Assembly (NCBI GenBank): GCA_963789815.1
Contig: CAWBMG010000007.1
Location: 920,079 to 984,078, forward strand
Direction: 5' to 3'
Source of the DNA: an uncultured Acidobacteriota bacterium
Lineage (GTDB): Bacteria; Acidobacteriota; Vicinamibacteria; Vicinamibacterales; UBA2999
DNA: 64,000 nucleotides
Shown here: positions 9,829 through 18,842 of the stretch, in pieces
Layout of the letters: every line of letters starts with the position of its first letter
How positions within the stretch are numbered: the first letter of the stretch is position 1
The notes under the pieces: generated by a model
The model's database searches: none
Told to the model about the DNA's origin: nothing
What the model saw: only the letters and a program-made list of their open reading frames with translations
Made by a program: the position numbers and the translations under genes

Positions 9829-9832
9829 GCTT

Positions 9833-10786
9833 CTACCTCGTCAGCGACTGGCCGGAAGGGTGGTTGGACCCGTGGATCTGTTGATGGCAGTTCACGCAGC
9901 CACGTCCGATGATGCGGTTGCTTTGGTTCTGCACTGCCAGGTTGTCGTAAATCGTGGACGGATGTCGCGTGCCGATGTGGCACCTCTGGCACAGCATCGG
10001 AGCCTTCGCGACCAGCATCCGGTCGTTTGACGAGCCGTGTGGATCGTGGCACGACACGCAGCTTTCGCGCCCGGCCGCGTGCTCGAAGAGAAATGGTCCT
10101 CGCTTCTCCGTATGACACGAGACACAGCTCTCGTTGATCCAATTGCCCACCCGCAGTAGGCGCTGATTGGTCGAGCCGTGCGGGTTATGGCACGACGTGC
10201 ACTGCATCTTTCCTTCCGCGACCGGCATGTGAGAGACGCGCTTGACCTTCATCGCCTGGACACGGTGGCAGGTGGCGCACAGCGTCAGCTCGCTCGATGC
10301 CTTGAGCTGCCCCTTCGGCGTTTCGGGTTGGTGGACGCTGTGGCACGACACGCACGACATGTTGCGAGCATCGTGCGCGCTGCCTTCCCACAGTGCGTGA
10401 GTCGACTTCGTGTGGCAAGACAGGCAGGTTTCGTTTGCGGCGCGCGGCGCCATTCGGGTGAATTTCCTGATGGACGTGTCGTCCGACGGATCCTCGACAT
10501 GACGGGACCCCGGTCCGTGACACGTCTCGCATCCCTGCGCCGCGGCGGGTGATAGCGGATGCGCGGCCTTGCCGTGGACGGTGTTGACGACCGTCCTGTT
10601 AAGGTCCTCGTGACAACCGAGGCAGGTATCGGCGCCCACATACTCAGCCGCTGGAGTCTTTTGTGCGCCCGTCTGTGTTTTTGCCTGCGGAGCGGCGGGC
10701 GCCGTCTGCACGGAAGTTGTGGCCAGCACGAGCGCGAGAACGAAGGTTAGAGCTGCAGCCAGCGACCAGAAGCGGCGCCGAGTCAT
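9833..10786 (-). CDS. mtrA: periplasmic decahaem c-type cytochrome, MtrA/DmsE/MtoA/PioA family
   Basis: 317 aa with a signal peptide and exactly ten CXXCH motifs (CLGCH, CETCH, CLSCH, CVSCH, CATCH, CTSCH, CVSCH, CVSCH, CQRCH, CVNCH). Size and spacing are typical of MtrA. Confidence 0.9.
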   Translation of the reverse strand: MTRRRFWSLAAALTFVLALVLATTSVQTAPAAPQAKTQTGAQKTPAAEYVGADTCLGCHEDLNRTVVNTVHGKAAHPLSPAAAQGCETCHGPGSRHVEDPSDDTSIRKFTRMAPRAANETCLSCHTKSTHALWEGSAHDARNMSCVSCHSVHQPETPKGQLKASSELTLCATCHRVQAMKVKRVSHMPVAEGKMQCTSCHNPHGSTNQRLLRVGNWINESCVSCHTEKRGPFLFEHAAGRESCVSCHDPHGSSNDRMLVAKAPMLCQRCHIGTRHPSTIYDNLAVQNQSNRIIGRGCVNCHQQIHGSNHPSGQSLTR

Positions 10787-11017
10787 TGATGTCGGTTAGC
10801 TTTGGGAGACATCACCGTGCTTTTCTGGCGAGTGGCAAGCGCCAAGGATGCGGAATCTCCACCACGTTCGTCAACGGGGAATATTTCACGTCATTGTGAC
10901 GAGATTGTGAAGGACTCGTAAGCGGTGTGCGCTGGGGGAATCTTACCCGTTGGCGTTCTGGGAATGCACGAAGGAAATTCGCGGCGAGTCTGAAAATGTC
11001 ATCCGCGAGCATCCTGT

Positions 11018-12001
11018 GTGGGTGCCTCGATCTGCGTCCGCACGTTACAGACGTTACCCGCAGTTTGTACTGCTGTGGTAACTAGAGGCGTGGCGCGCAT
11101 ATGGCTCTCTTCGCAAGAGGCGCCGCGCAGACCGCCGACCGAAGCCGATGCCAGCATCGAGCTCCCGGAGGCGTTTCTGAGGACGCTCGTGGTCGGCGAC
11201 CGCCTCACCTTCACCGATGCCCGGCGGTCCTAACGCGTCGTCGATGTTGCGGCCGTCGGTGCCGACGGCTATTGGGTAGAGGCGACGCGGACCTGTTATT
11301 TCACCAGCGACGCCCGTGTCCGGGCCGAACGCGACGGCGCCGCCACCGGCGCTGAGGCGTCCGTCAGCGGGATATCTCCTGTCGACGTCGCGATTCCGTT
11401 AGTTACGGGCGACCTGCTCATCCTGACTCGAGAACTGACACCCGGCCGGGCGGCCGAATGCGACAGCGTCGGTCGTGTGCTCAATCCGGCCGCGATCGGA
11501 TGTACGTCGCCGCAGGTATTCGAAGACGTCCGCGCCGGTGAGCGCGTCTGGATCGACGATGGCCGGATTGGAGGCCTCGTCGAGCGAAAGGAGCCGGATC
11601 GCCTCCACGTGCGAATCACGAACACACGTGTGCGAGGAGCAAAGCTCGCCGCCGATAAGGGCATCAACCTGCCCGAGAGCGAACTGCGCCTCGCCGCCAT
11701 GACCGAGAAGGACCGTGCGGATCTCGCGTTCGTCGCAAACCATGCCGACATGGTTGCGCTCTCGTTCGTCAATACGGTCGACGATGTCCGCACGTTGCGG
11801 GAGCTTATGACGCCACTTGGCGATCGGCAGCCCGCCGTCGTCCTCAAAATCGAGACCAAGCGCGGCTTCGAAAATCTTCCTGCGATGTTGGGTCATCAAG
11901 CGAAGAAGCGGGCAATGCTCCGAGAGCTGCGGCTCGTGTCGGGATTTCGGCAGGCGAGAAAAGCGCGACGTCAGTCCAAGAATCAGCCTGACGTCGCTTG
12001 A
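11018..12001 (+). pseudogene. pyruvate kinase-like gene fragment (in-frame stop, both ends missing)
   Basis: The frame contains KGINLPESELRLAAMTEKDRADLAFVANHADMVALSFVNTVDDVRTLRE ... VVLKIETKRGFENLPAML, which are core pyruvate kinase motifs. It lacks the N-terminal barrel start and everything after ENLP. An in-frame TAA lies at 11231-11233. Confidence 0.55.
11955..11997 (-). terminator. intrinsic terminator downstream of the CrtI-like gene
   Basis: Minus strand carries a GCGACGTCAG / CTGACGTCGC 10-bp stem (11988-11997 and 11965-11974) followed by GCTTTTCTC. Confidence 0.45.
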
Positions 12002-12043
12002 GGTAGTGTCCGGCCTTAGCCAGACGTTTTGAGTGAGCTCCCG

Positions 12044-13696
12044 CTACGATGCAGTCAGCTCTCGCGTCGCGGCGTTATCCGTGAAGACGGCAGGTCTTTC
12101 CGCATGGCGCGCGCGCTTCCTGGTCTCTGCCATGATCCGGGAGAAACCGAAGGCGCCCAGCAGGCGAGCGGTCGTGGCCACGCCTCCCATCATCGCGCCC
12201 ACAATGCCGAGCGATGCTACGTCCGCGCCCGTCAGATAGAGGTTCTTTACCGGCGTGACGACCGTGAGGTAGGGCAGCCGAAAACGCTCCGGAGTTGCCG
12301 GCACGCCGTATACCGATCCGCGCGGATGGCCGGTGAAGTGTTCGACAGTCAGCGGCGTGGACACTTCGTAATAATCCACGAGATCTCGAAAGCCTGGATA
12401 GTGCCGATCCACGAACGCGACGAGTCCATCGGCGACGCGATGCTTCAGCGCCTCATAGTCCTCGCTGCGATTGCGCCAGGGCTCGTTCTTCCAGGCTTCG
12501 ACCGAGGCGTAGTCAAGGAACGCGATGATCTCTGCCGTGTGGGCCGTGGCTTTGGGATCCTTCAGAGACGGGCACGAGAGGTAACAGGCGAGGGGGTGTC
12601 CGTCTAAGACGCCGTGCCGCTGCTCGAACATCGCGTCGTGGTCGTAGCCGTCATAGATCCAGTGGTTCTCGCCGTGGAAGCCGAGCGTGGCCGGGCTGTC
12701 TTTGAAGGCGAGGTACACGGTCACAAAGCTATGACCGACTGACAGGCGTTCGAGCTCACTCCTGAAAGGAATCGTCACGCTCGGCGGAACGAGGTGGCAG
12801 AACGTCGTGTACGCGCCGGCATCAGAGACGACGATCGGTGCTTCGAAGACTGCGCCGGATCCCTGTTGATGTCCGTCGGACGTGGTCCTAACGCCGACGG
12901 CCTTGCCCTCCGACACGATGATCTCCGTGACTCGTTGATTGACCAAGCACTGACCACCGTTGGCGGTGATGGTATCGGCCACACTCTTGGCTATAGTTCT
13001 TGCGCCACCGATTGGATACGAGGCGCCTCCCAGATAGCTCGCTGCGACGAGCGCATGGATGGCGAACGCACTTTGGGATGGCGGCAGTCCGTAGTCTCCC
13101 CATTGGGAGGCCAGCAAGGCCCTCAGTTCTGGGTTGTGGAAATGGCCGTCGAAGTACGCAGCAGTCGTCGATAACGCGAGCGGCTCCGTTCGACGGGTGG
13201 CAAAGCGGGCCAGTTCTGCGATGGGCGCCGGAGCCAACTGGGCGGACATGTGCGCACCGAACCAGCCCGCGGCGGCCCGGAGATCTTTGAAGTACCTGTC
13301 GATGGCCGCCCGTTCGTCCGGGTATCGTGCGATCAGCGCCTGACGATATTCCGCCTCATCGTCGGGTACCTCGAACGTGAAGTCCGGGTACACGAACTTC
13401 TCGAATGGGGAGCGCATAGGCTGCCACTGAACGCCTCCCTCGGTGACCAGATCGAAGAGTTGGCGTGTCATCTCGCCCGGATGCATGCCGCCGACGTAGT
13501 GCAGACCCACATCCCAAGCCCGGTGACCCGGGCGCGTGAAGCTGTGCGTGAATCCGCCGAGCCTGAAGTGGCGCTCCAACACGAGCACGCGCCAGTGCTT
13601 TAGTTGCGCCATCAGGCTAGCGACGGTCAGGCCGCCCATGCCAGAGCCGATGACGATCAAATCGAAGCGATTCGTCGACTGCATTTGGTCCCGCAT
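12044..13696 (-). CDS. NAD(P)/FAD-dependent oxidoreductase, phytoene desaturase (CrtI)/retinol saturase-like family
   Basis: N-terminal Rossmann motif DLIVIGSGMGGL, length about 550 aa, C-terminal GAxxxSLGIVGAMMGG pattern. Start moved to the internal ATG (MRDQMQS) just before the dinucleotide fold. Confidence 0.8.
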   Translation of the reverse strand: MRDQMQSTNRFDLIVIGSGMGGLTVASLMAQLKHWRVLVLERHFRLGGFTHSFTRPGHRAWDVGLHYVGGMHPGEMTRQLFDLVTEGGVQWQPMRSPFEKFVYPDFTFEVPDDEAEYRQALIARYPDERAAIDRYFKDLRAAAGWFGAHMSAQLAPAPIAELARFATRRTEPLALSTTAAYFDGHFHNPELRALLASQWGDYGLPPSQSAFAIHALVAASYLGGASYPIGGARTIAKSVADTITANGGQCLVNQRVTEIIVSEGKAVGVRTTSDGHQQGSGAVFEAPIVVSDAGAYTTFCHLVPPSVTIPFRSELERLSVGHSFVTVYLAFKDSPATLGFHGENHWIYDGYDHDAMFEQRHGVLDGHPLACYLSCPSLKDPKATAHTAEIIAFLDYASVEAWKNEPWRNRSEDYEALKHRVADGLVAFVDRHYPGFRDLVDYYEVSTPLTVEHFTGHPRGSVYGVPATPERFRLPYLTVVTPVKNLYLTGADVASLGIVGAMMGGVATTARLLGAFGFSRIMAETRKRARHAERPAVFTDNAATRELTAS

Positions 13697-14373
13697 CCCC
13701 GCATGCCGCTGAGAGCACGCATCGTGCCACCGGTTGTTCGTCGTTCGTCTTCGAGTCTTTTCCTCAGCTCGAGTCACGGCTGCGGGAATCTTCAGGTCGG
13801 TGCGGACTGCTTCGCACCCACCATGGGCTGATCGAGCAACTGCGCTTTTGATTGGCTTCCGGCCGAACGCGAACTCCAGGAAGCCACCGGTTCGGGCGCC
13901 CGACTATCGGGATCAACAGGAGCGTGCCCAAGGTCAGAAAAGCTCCCATCACGTTCGAGAGTCCGACGAGGCCGAGGTTCGACAGTCCTGGGCTGAAAGC
14001 GAAGAGTGGCAAGTGCCAGCCCGCCCACCCGATCTCCTCGCCCAAGCCGGGCTACTGTACTTCGCCTGTACGACCGCGCTATCGGTCAGCGGAAAACCCC
14101 GCGCGCATGCGGACAATTCCCCACTTCTGCCTATAAGTCACTGAACCTTCGCGCGCGTCCCGGCGGCCTACAAGCACGCCGATGCTGCGAAATACACGGC
14201 CAATCGTGGGCTTGCCTCGTGGGATTCCGGCCCGATGGTTCGCGTCGCTGCGGGCTTGACATCCTGCCCGCGCCGGGCACGCCCGTTGCTGTGCGTCTCA
14301 TCAGTGCTTCGTCGTCGAGCCAGTTCGCGATTGCGCTGGCGCGACGTTCGGAGACAAGCAGGAGGCTATTTAA

Positions 14374-16710
14374 ATGATTCGGCGAGGGACGTTCATGCTT
14401 CTCGTGCTCCTGCCGTTCGTGGCCACAACGCACGCCTTCGCGCAGCGAAGCTCAGGAGAGATACGCGGCCGTGTAAGCGATGAAACCGGAGGCGCCCTGC
14501 CGGGCGTCACAGTCCAATTACGCACGGACCAGCAGGTCCCAGCAGAAACGGTCACGAACGAGTCTGGCGACTATGCCTTCGACGACGTGGCTTCCGGACG
14601 CTATGAGCTTTCGTTCGCCTTGCCGAATTTCGGCTTGCTCAGGAGGCCTGACGTTAACGTGCATCCAGGCGTGACGCAGGTCGATGCGGTCTTGCATCTC
14701 TCGCTCAACGCCGAGGTAACGGTCATTGGGAAGCGGACGTTTGCCAACTTGGCCGACGTGGAGAATCCTGCCGAGAATCTGGTTGGCATCGCCGTGTCCG
14801 CCAGCCAGGGCGCGATCACCGCGCGGCAGCTCGAGATCAGACCGATGATGCGTCAGGGGGAGGTGCTCGAGACGGTACCTGGCCTCATGATCACGCAGCA
14901 CAGCGGTGAAGGCAAAGCGAACCAGTATTTCCTCCGCGGGTTCAACCTCGATCACGGCAGCGATTTCGCGATCACCGTGGCCGGCACTCCGGTCAACATG
15001 CCGACGCACGCGCACAGCCAAGGCTATGCCGACATCAACTTTCTCATTCCCGAACTGGTGGCGGGCGTTCAATTCTCAAAGGGCCCGTATTTTGCCGACC
15101 AGGGGGACTTCGCCACCGCGGGGGCGTCGAACATCAACTACGCGACCAGTCTCGATCACTCGATTGTGCGCGTCGAAAAAGGAATGTATGGGTTCGGGCG
15201 TGCGCTGTTTGCGTCCTCTCCTAAAGTCGGAAAGGGGCACGTCTTGGCGGCCTTCGAGACGTCGACAAATGGTGGTCCATGGGCCGTTCCGGACGACGTC
15301 AGAAAGTACAACGGAGTTTTGCGCTATAGCCAAGGCGACGCGGTCAACGGGTTTGCCCTAACCCTCATGGGATACGACGGGGAATGGAAAGCTACGGAAG
15401 CATCTCCACAGCGTGCCGTCGACCAAGGGCTGATCGATCGTTTCGGCACGATCGATGCGACGGACGGCGGAAAGACGTCGCGATACAGTGCGTCCGGTGA
15501 ATGGCAGCGCGGAACCAACACGACGCTGACAAAAATTACCGCCTACGGCATACGGTACGACCTCGATCTGATCTCGAATTTCACGTTTTATCTGAACGAC
15601 CCAGTGCACGGAGATCAGCTCGAGCAAGTGGATCGCCGGTTTGTGTCGGGTGCGAGAATCGCTCACCGGCGCCTCGCGCGCTGGAGAGGAATGTCGGTTC
15701 AGAACACCTTCGGTGTGCAGGTTCGCAACGACAACATCATGGACGTTGCGCTCTATCACACGGAATCTCGCGAGCGTCTCCACACACGCGGCGAGGCAGC
15801 CGCGCTCGTGACGAGCGGCGGTACGTTTGGGCAGAACGAGATCGCCTGGAGCCAGTGGCTCCGGACCACGCTGGGAGTCCGTGCCGATGCGTCGCGGTAC
15901 CGTGTCGATGCACTTGACGCGATCAACAGCGGCACTGCGACCGCCGGGATCGTTAGTCCGAAAGGTGCGGTGACGTTAGGGCCGTGGAAAGGAACCGAGT
16001 TCTACGTCAATGCCGGGACCGGGTTCCACAGCAACAATGCGCTCGGAACGACCATCACACGAGACAACGAAGGGCATCCGGCGGAACGGGTCACACCCCT
16101 GGTGCGCGCCAAGGGCGCCGAGATCGGTGTCCGCACGGTCGCCGTTCCTCATTTGCAAACCACGGTGTCGTGGTGGACGCTGCGGCTCGATTCGGAGCTG
16201 GTCTATAACGGTGATGTAGGGGCGACCGAGCCCGGAGGGGCGAGCGAACGGCATGGTGTGGAGGTTGCGAACTACTACACCCCGCTCAAGTGGCTCGTGT
16301 TCGACGCAGATGTGTCGTGGTCTCGAGCACGATTCGCCGAATTCGACCTGGCCGGCCAATACGTGCCCGAAGCGGTCGGGACGGTCTTGTCGGCTGGCGC
16401 AAGCGTTGACGGCGTTCGCCGAATGTTCGGCAGCCTGCGATGGCGCTATTTCGGCCCCCGTACGCTCACCGAGAACAATTCGGTGCGCTCGAAGGCGACC
16501 AGTCTCCTCAACCTCGAAGCCGGATACGAAGTCGCGAAGAGCCTGCGCGCCACGGTATCGGTCTTCAATCTGCTCAACGCCGCTGCTAGTGATATCGACT
16601 ACTACTTCACATCGCGTCTACGGGGCGAGCCGCTAGAAGGTATGGACGACATTCACTTTCACGCCACCATCCCGCGCACAGTCCGCGTCGGTATGACCAT
16701 CGGGTTCTGA
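14374..16710 (+). CDS. TonB-dependent receptor with N-terminal carboxypeptidase-regulatory-like domain
   Basis: AGGAGG 9 nt upstream of the ATG. Signal peptide, GEIRGRVSDETGGALPGVTVQL (CarboxypepD_reg), plug motifs and a beta-barrel ending in the aromatic terminus TIGF. Confidence 0.9.
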   Translation: MIRRGTFMLLVLLPFVATTHAFAQRSSGEIRGRVSDETGGALPGVTVQLRTDQQVPAETVTNESGDYAFDDVASGRYELSFALPNFGLLRRPDVNVHPGVTQVDAVLHLSLNAEVTVIGKRTFANLADVENPAENLVGIAVSASQGAITARQLEIRPMMRQGEVLETVPGLMITQHSGEGKANQYFLRGFNLDHGSDFAITVAGTPVNMPTHAHSQGYADINFLIPELVAGVQFSKGPYFADQGDFATAGASNINYATSLDHSIVRVEKGMYGFGRALFASSPKVGKGHVLAAFETSTNGGPWAVPDDVRKYNGVLRYSQGDAVNGFALTLMGYDGEWKATEASPQRAVDQGLIDRFGTIDATDGGKTSRYSASGEWQRGTNTTLTKITAYGIRYDLDLISNFTFYLNDPVHGDQLEQVDRRFVSGARIAHRRLARWRGMSVQNTFGVQVRNDNIMDVALYHTESRERLHTRGEAAALVTSGGTFGQNEIAWSQWLRTTLGVRADASRYRVDALDAINSGTATAGIVSPKGAVTLGPWKGTEFYVNAGTGFHSNNALGTTITRDNEGHPAERVTPLVRAKGAEIGVRTVAVPHLQTTVSWWTLRLDSELVYNGDVGATEPGGASERHGVEVANYYTPLKWLVFDADVSWSRARFAEFDLAGQYVPEAVGTVLSAGASVDGVRRMFGSLRWRYFGPRTLTENNSVRSKATSLLNLEAGYEVAKSLRATVSVFNLLNAAASDIDYYFTSRLRGEPLEGMDDIHFHATIPRTVRVGMTIGF

Positions 16711-16788
16711 CACTGAAGGTAGGGCAGTCATCGCCAACCGAACCGAAGGTCAAAGGTGAGTCAAAGGGCAAGAGCGAGGTCTAGGTTC

Positions 16789-17154
16789 TCAAGGTGTCGA
16801 CAACGCAAACACGTTTCCGTCGGGATCCTTGAAGACTGCGGCCGTCCCCCAATCCGCCTTCTGAGGTTCCTGTACGAACTCGACCCCCATGGCCTTGAGC
16901 TCCGACGCCGTTGTCACGACATCGTCGGCCACGAAGGTGATGTTCATCATGCCGCCGATCATCTGCGCCTGGCCTGACGCGGTGAAGAGCACGACCTTCG
17001 TGTCAGCGCGCGGGATGCCGAGCTCGATCCATCGCTGCGTGTCGTCGAACGGACTGTCCGTGATCACACGCATGCCGAGCTTCTTCGTGTAGAACTCAAG
17101 TGCGCGATCTTGATCGCGAACCGGGATGCTCACGAACTTGACGCCTTTGATCAT
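16789..17154 (-). CDS. VOC (glyoxalase/bleomycin-resistance/dioxygenase) family protein
   Basis: 121 aa. The pattern VSIPVRDQDRALEFYTKKLGM ... DPDGNVF is characteristic of the VOC family. Confidence 0.85.
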   Translation of the reverse strand: MIKGVKFVSIPVRDQDRALEFYTKKLGMRVITDSPFDDTQRWIELGIPRADTKVVLFTASGQAQMIGGMMNITFVADDVVTTASELKAMGVEFVQEPQKADWGTAAVFKDPDGNVFALSTP

Positions 17155-17166
17155 CGCGTGCTCCTC

Positions 17167-17601
17167 CTAGACAGGCTGACCAATGGGCGCCGACGCGGTG
17201 GTTCTGGCTTTGAACATCCACTGGGCGACCACGCCGCCCACATACCCCCCGATCACCCTGAGCCCGAAGGCAATGATGTACATCACGCGATGATCTGGCC
17301 GCGCGCCGAAGATGAAGCCGACAGTCAGAACCACACTGACCACTCCGACAAGGGTGCCGTGCAGGATGAAAGCCGACGTCAGCCTGCGCGTCGCCCAGAG
17401 AACCGAAAGAATCGTCATGATCGCGCCCGCCGTGGGAGCCACGTAGTAGCCGACTTCTTCGCCGAGCGAGTTGTATTGGGCGTCGGTTATCGCTGGCGTC
17501 AGGAGCGTGTAACCGGTAATCACCGCAAACAGCGCTGCGATGACGCCAATTTCAGACACGATCGCCGCAATCAGAATGCGTCCCCAGCGAATGCTCCGCA
17601 T
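17167..17601 (-). CDS. hypothetical 4-TM membrane protein
   Basis: 144-aa hydrophobic ORF ending 12 nt upstream of the VOC gene on the same strand. Confidence 0.6.
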   Translation of the reverse strand: MRSIRWGRILIAAIVSEIGVIAALFAVITGYTLLTPAITDAQYNSLGEEVGYYVAPTAGAIMTILSVLWATRRLTSAFILHGTLVGVVSVVLTVGFIFGARPDHRVMYIIAFGLRVIGGYVGGVVAQWMFKARTTASAPIGQPV

Positions 17602-17737
17602 GATGTCCTCCTCCGCGGATCAGACCATCGAGCCACTCGATGGAGCTGTTTTTCAAGCGCATGATCGACGGATCCGATGTTGAGCGCAAGGCACGCATTT
17701 ACTACTATGGCAGCTGCTGCCATAGCCGACATCGAGG

Positions 17738-18042
17738 ATGCCTCGCGTGAGCACAATCCCCATCGACGAGTACATCCTGGACTCACTGATGCCCGACCTC
17801 GTCGGTCACGATCGCCAGCCGTCAGCGTTCGTTGTGTACCTGAATCTCTGGCGGCAGACGCACGGGAACGGTCAGGGGACCGCACAAGTCGCGCTCCAGG
17901 ACATCGCGGAAGCGACAGGGCTCTCGAAGCGTTCGGTGCAGGATGCGCTGGGATGGCTCGCGAAGCGCAAGCTCGTAAGCATCTCGCGCGCGAGCATCAC
18001 GGCAGTCCCGGTTACACGGTCCTTCAACCGTGGAGACGCTAA
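17738..18042 (+). CDS. winged-helix/HTH domain protein (apparent 1-nt deletion near 18007-18009)
   Basis: The HTH-like segment LQDIAEATGLSKRSVQDALGWLAKRKLV is present. After SITAVP the longest frame turns into low-complexity sequence overlapping the ACT gene. Shifting at the CCC run gives GYTVLQPWRR-stop at 18042 with no overlap. Confidence 0.5.
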
Positions 18043-18077
18043 CGGATCGCATGTTCGGCGGACACGACCTCCGACTC

Positions 18078-18470
18078 TTAGAGCATGTGCACCGTATGTC
18101 CGTCGTGCCGCAGCGCCCGGACGGCATGTGCGAGTTCCACCGAGCGCACGAACAGGTAGTCGGTATCGTGAGTTGAAATCGCAAGAAGGCTCACCTTCGC
18201 AGCGGCCAGAGCTTGGGACAGTGTAGACAACACGCCGATGGTCTCAAACGGAAATGGCCCGTGTACCTTCAGCCCCCGCCAGCGTACCGCAGTGTCAACT
18301 CCTTGGGGCGCCTGCCGCTCACGACAGATGATGGAAAGTTCGTCGTCGGTTCTTGTCACCGCCACAAAGCCGGCAGTTTCGAGCGCCCACGAGGGCACCG
18401 GCGCCGAAGCTTCCAACCGGCAGACGACAAAGGCGTCGCTCAGGACCGATAACTCAAACTTCGCGGACAC
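18078..18470 (-). CDS. ACT domain-containing protein (ACT_7/CASTOR-like)
   Basis: 130 aa. The pattern FVVCRL ... DELSIIC ... HGPFPFETIGVLSTLSQALAAAKVSLLAISTHDTDYLFV is typical of this ACT family. Confidence 0.75.
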   Translation of the reverse strand: MSAKFELSVLSDAFVVCRLEASAPVPSWALETAGFVAVTRTDDELSIICRERQAPQGVDTAVRWRGLKVHGPFPFETIGVLSTLSQALAAAKVSLLAISTHDTDYLFVRSVELAHAVRALRHDGHTVHML

Positions 18471-18783
18471 GGGGGCATTCTGGCACGGCCCCTCGCCTCA
18501 AACGTTGAATACGCTCACCCGTCTGTAATCGGTGTCGCAGTGCGCCAACCAACTCCGTGACTTTCTCCTGTTCGGAAATCGCAAGTCTTGCGTTATCATA
18601 GTCAGCACATTTTTCGGAGCGCCTGTGTATCTGACCACCATAAACGCCAAGCGAGCGCATTCGTTCGCCGCGCTGATTGCCAGCACGGTCGACGTGCGCG
18701 TTCCAATGGCGAACGACTCGCTCGGTTGGTCGCTACCAGGTTCATCCGGATGATGTAAGACCACGACCTGTCCCAGATCTTGA

Positions 18784-18820
18784 GGGCCATCATCCGACAG
18801 GGTGATGGCCCTTTTCTTTT
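18784..18820 (+). terminator. rho-independent terminator
   Basis: GGGCCATCA (18784-18792) pairs with TGATGGCCC (18803-18811) around a 10-nt loop, followed by TTTTCTTTT. It lies 22 nt upstream of the HAD start codon. Confidence 0.55.
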
Positions 18821-18842
18821 GTGTGCATATGAGGAGGTTGTC

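Noticed and set aside
13764-14045. 93-aa minus-strand ORF with a hydrophobic N-terminal half, upstream of the CrtI-like gene
   Set aside because: It has no RBS and a C-terminal half of Arg/Ser/Pro junk, and I recognise no family. It could be a small membrane protein or a stump, but the evidence is insufficient.
14046-14373. Possible cobalamin, TPP or Fur element in the long leader of the TonB-dependent receptor
   Set aside because: I found only vague resemblances (CGGAAAACCCC, AGTCACTG). There is no B12 box (GCCACTG context), no TPP CUGAGA core and no Fur-box-like AT-rich palindrome.
18471-18783. ZTP, THF or other folate-related riboswitch upstream of the HAD-folD genes
   Set aside because: I could not find the conserved cores I know for ZTP (GGGUCGUGAC...CCGCCUGGGC), THF, TPP, FMN, glycine, fluoride or cobalamin. 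The region is kept only as an unexplained orphan (see finding).
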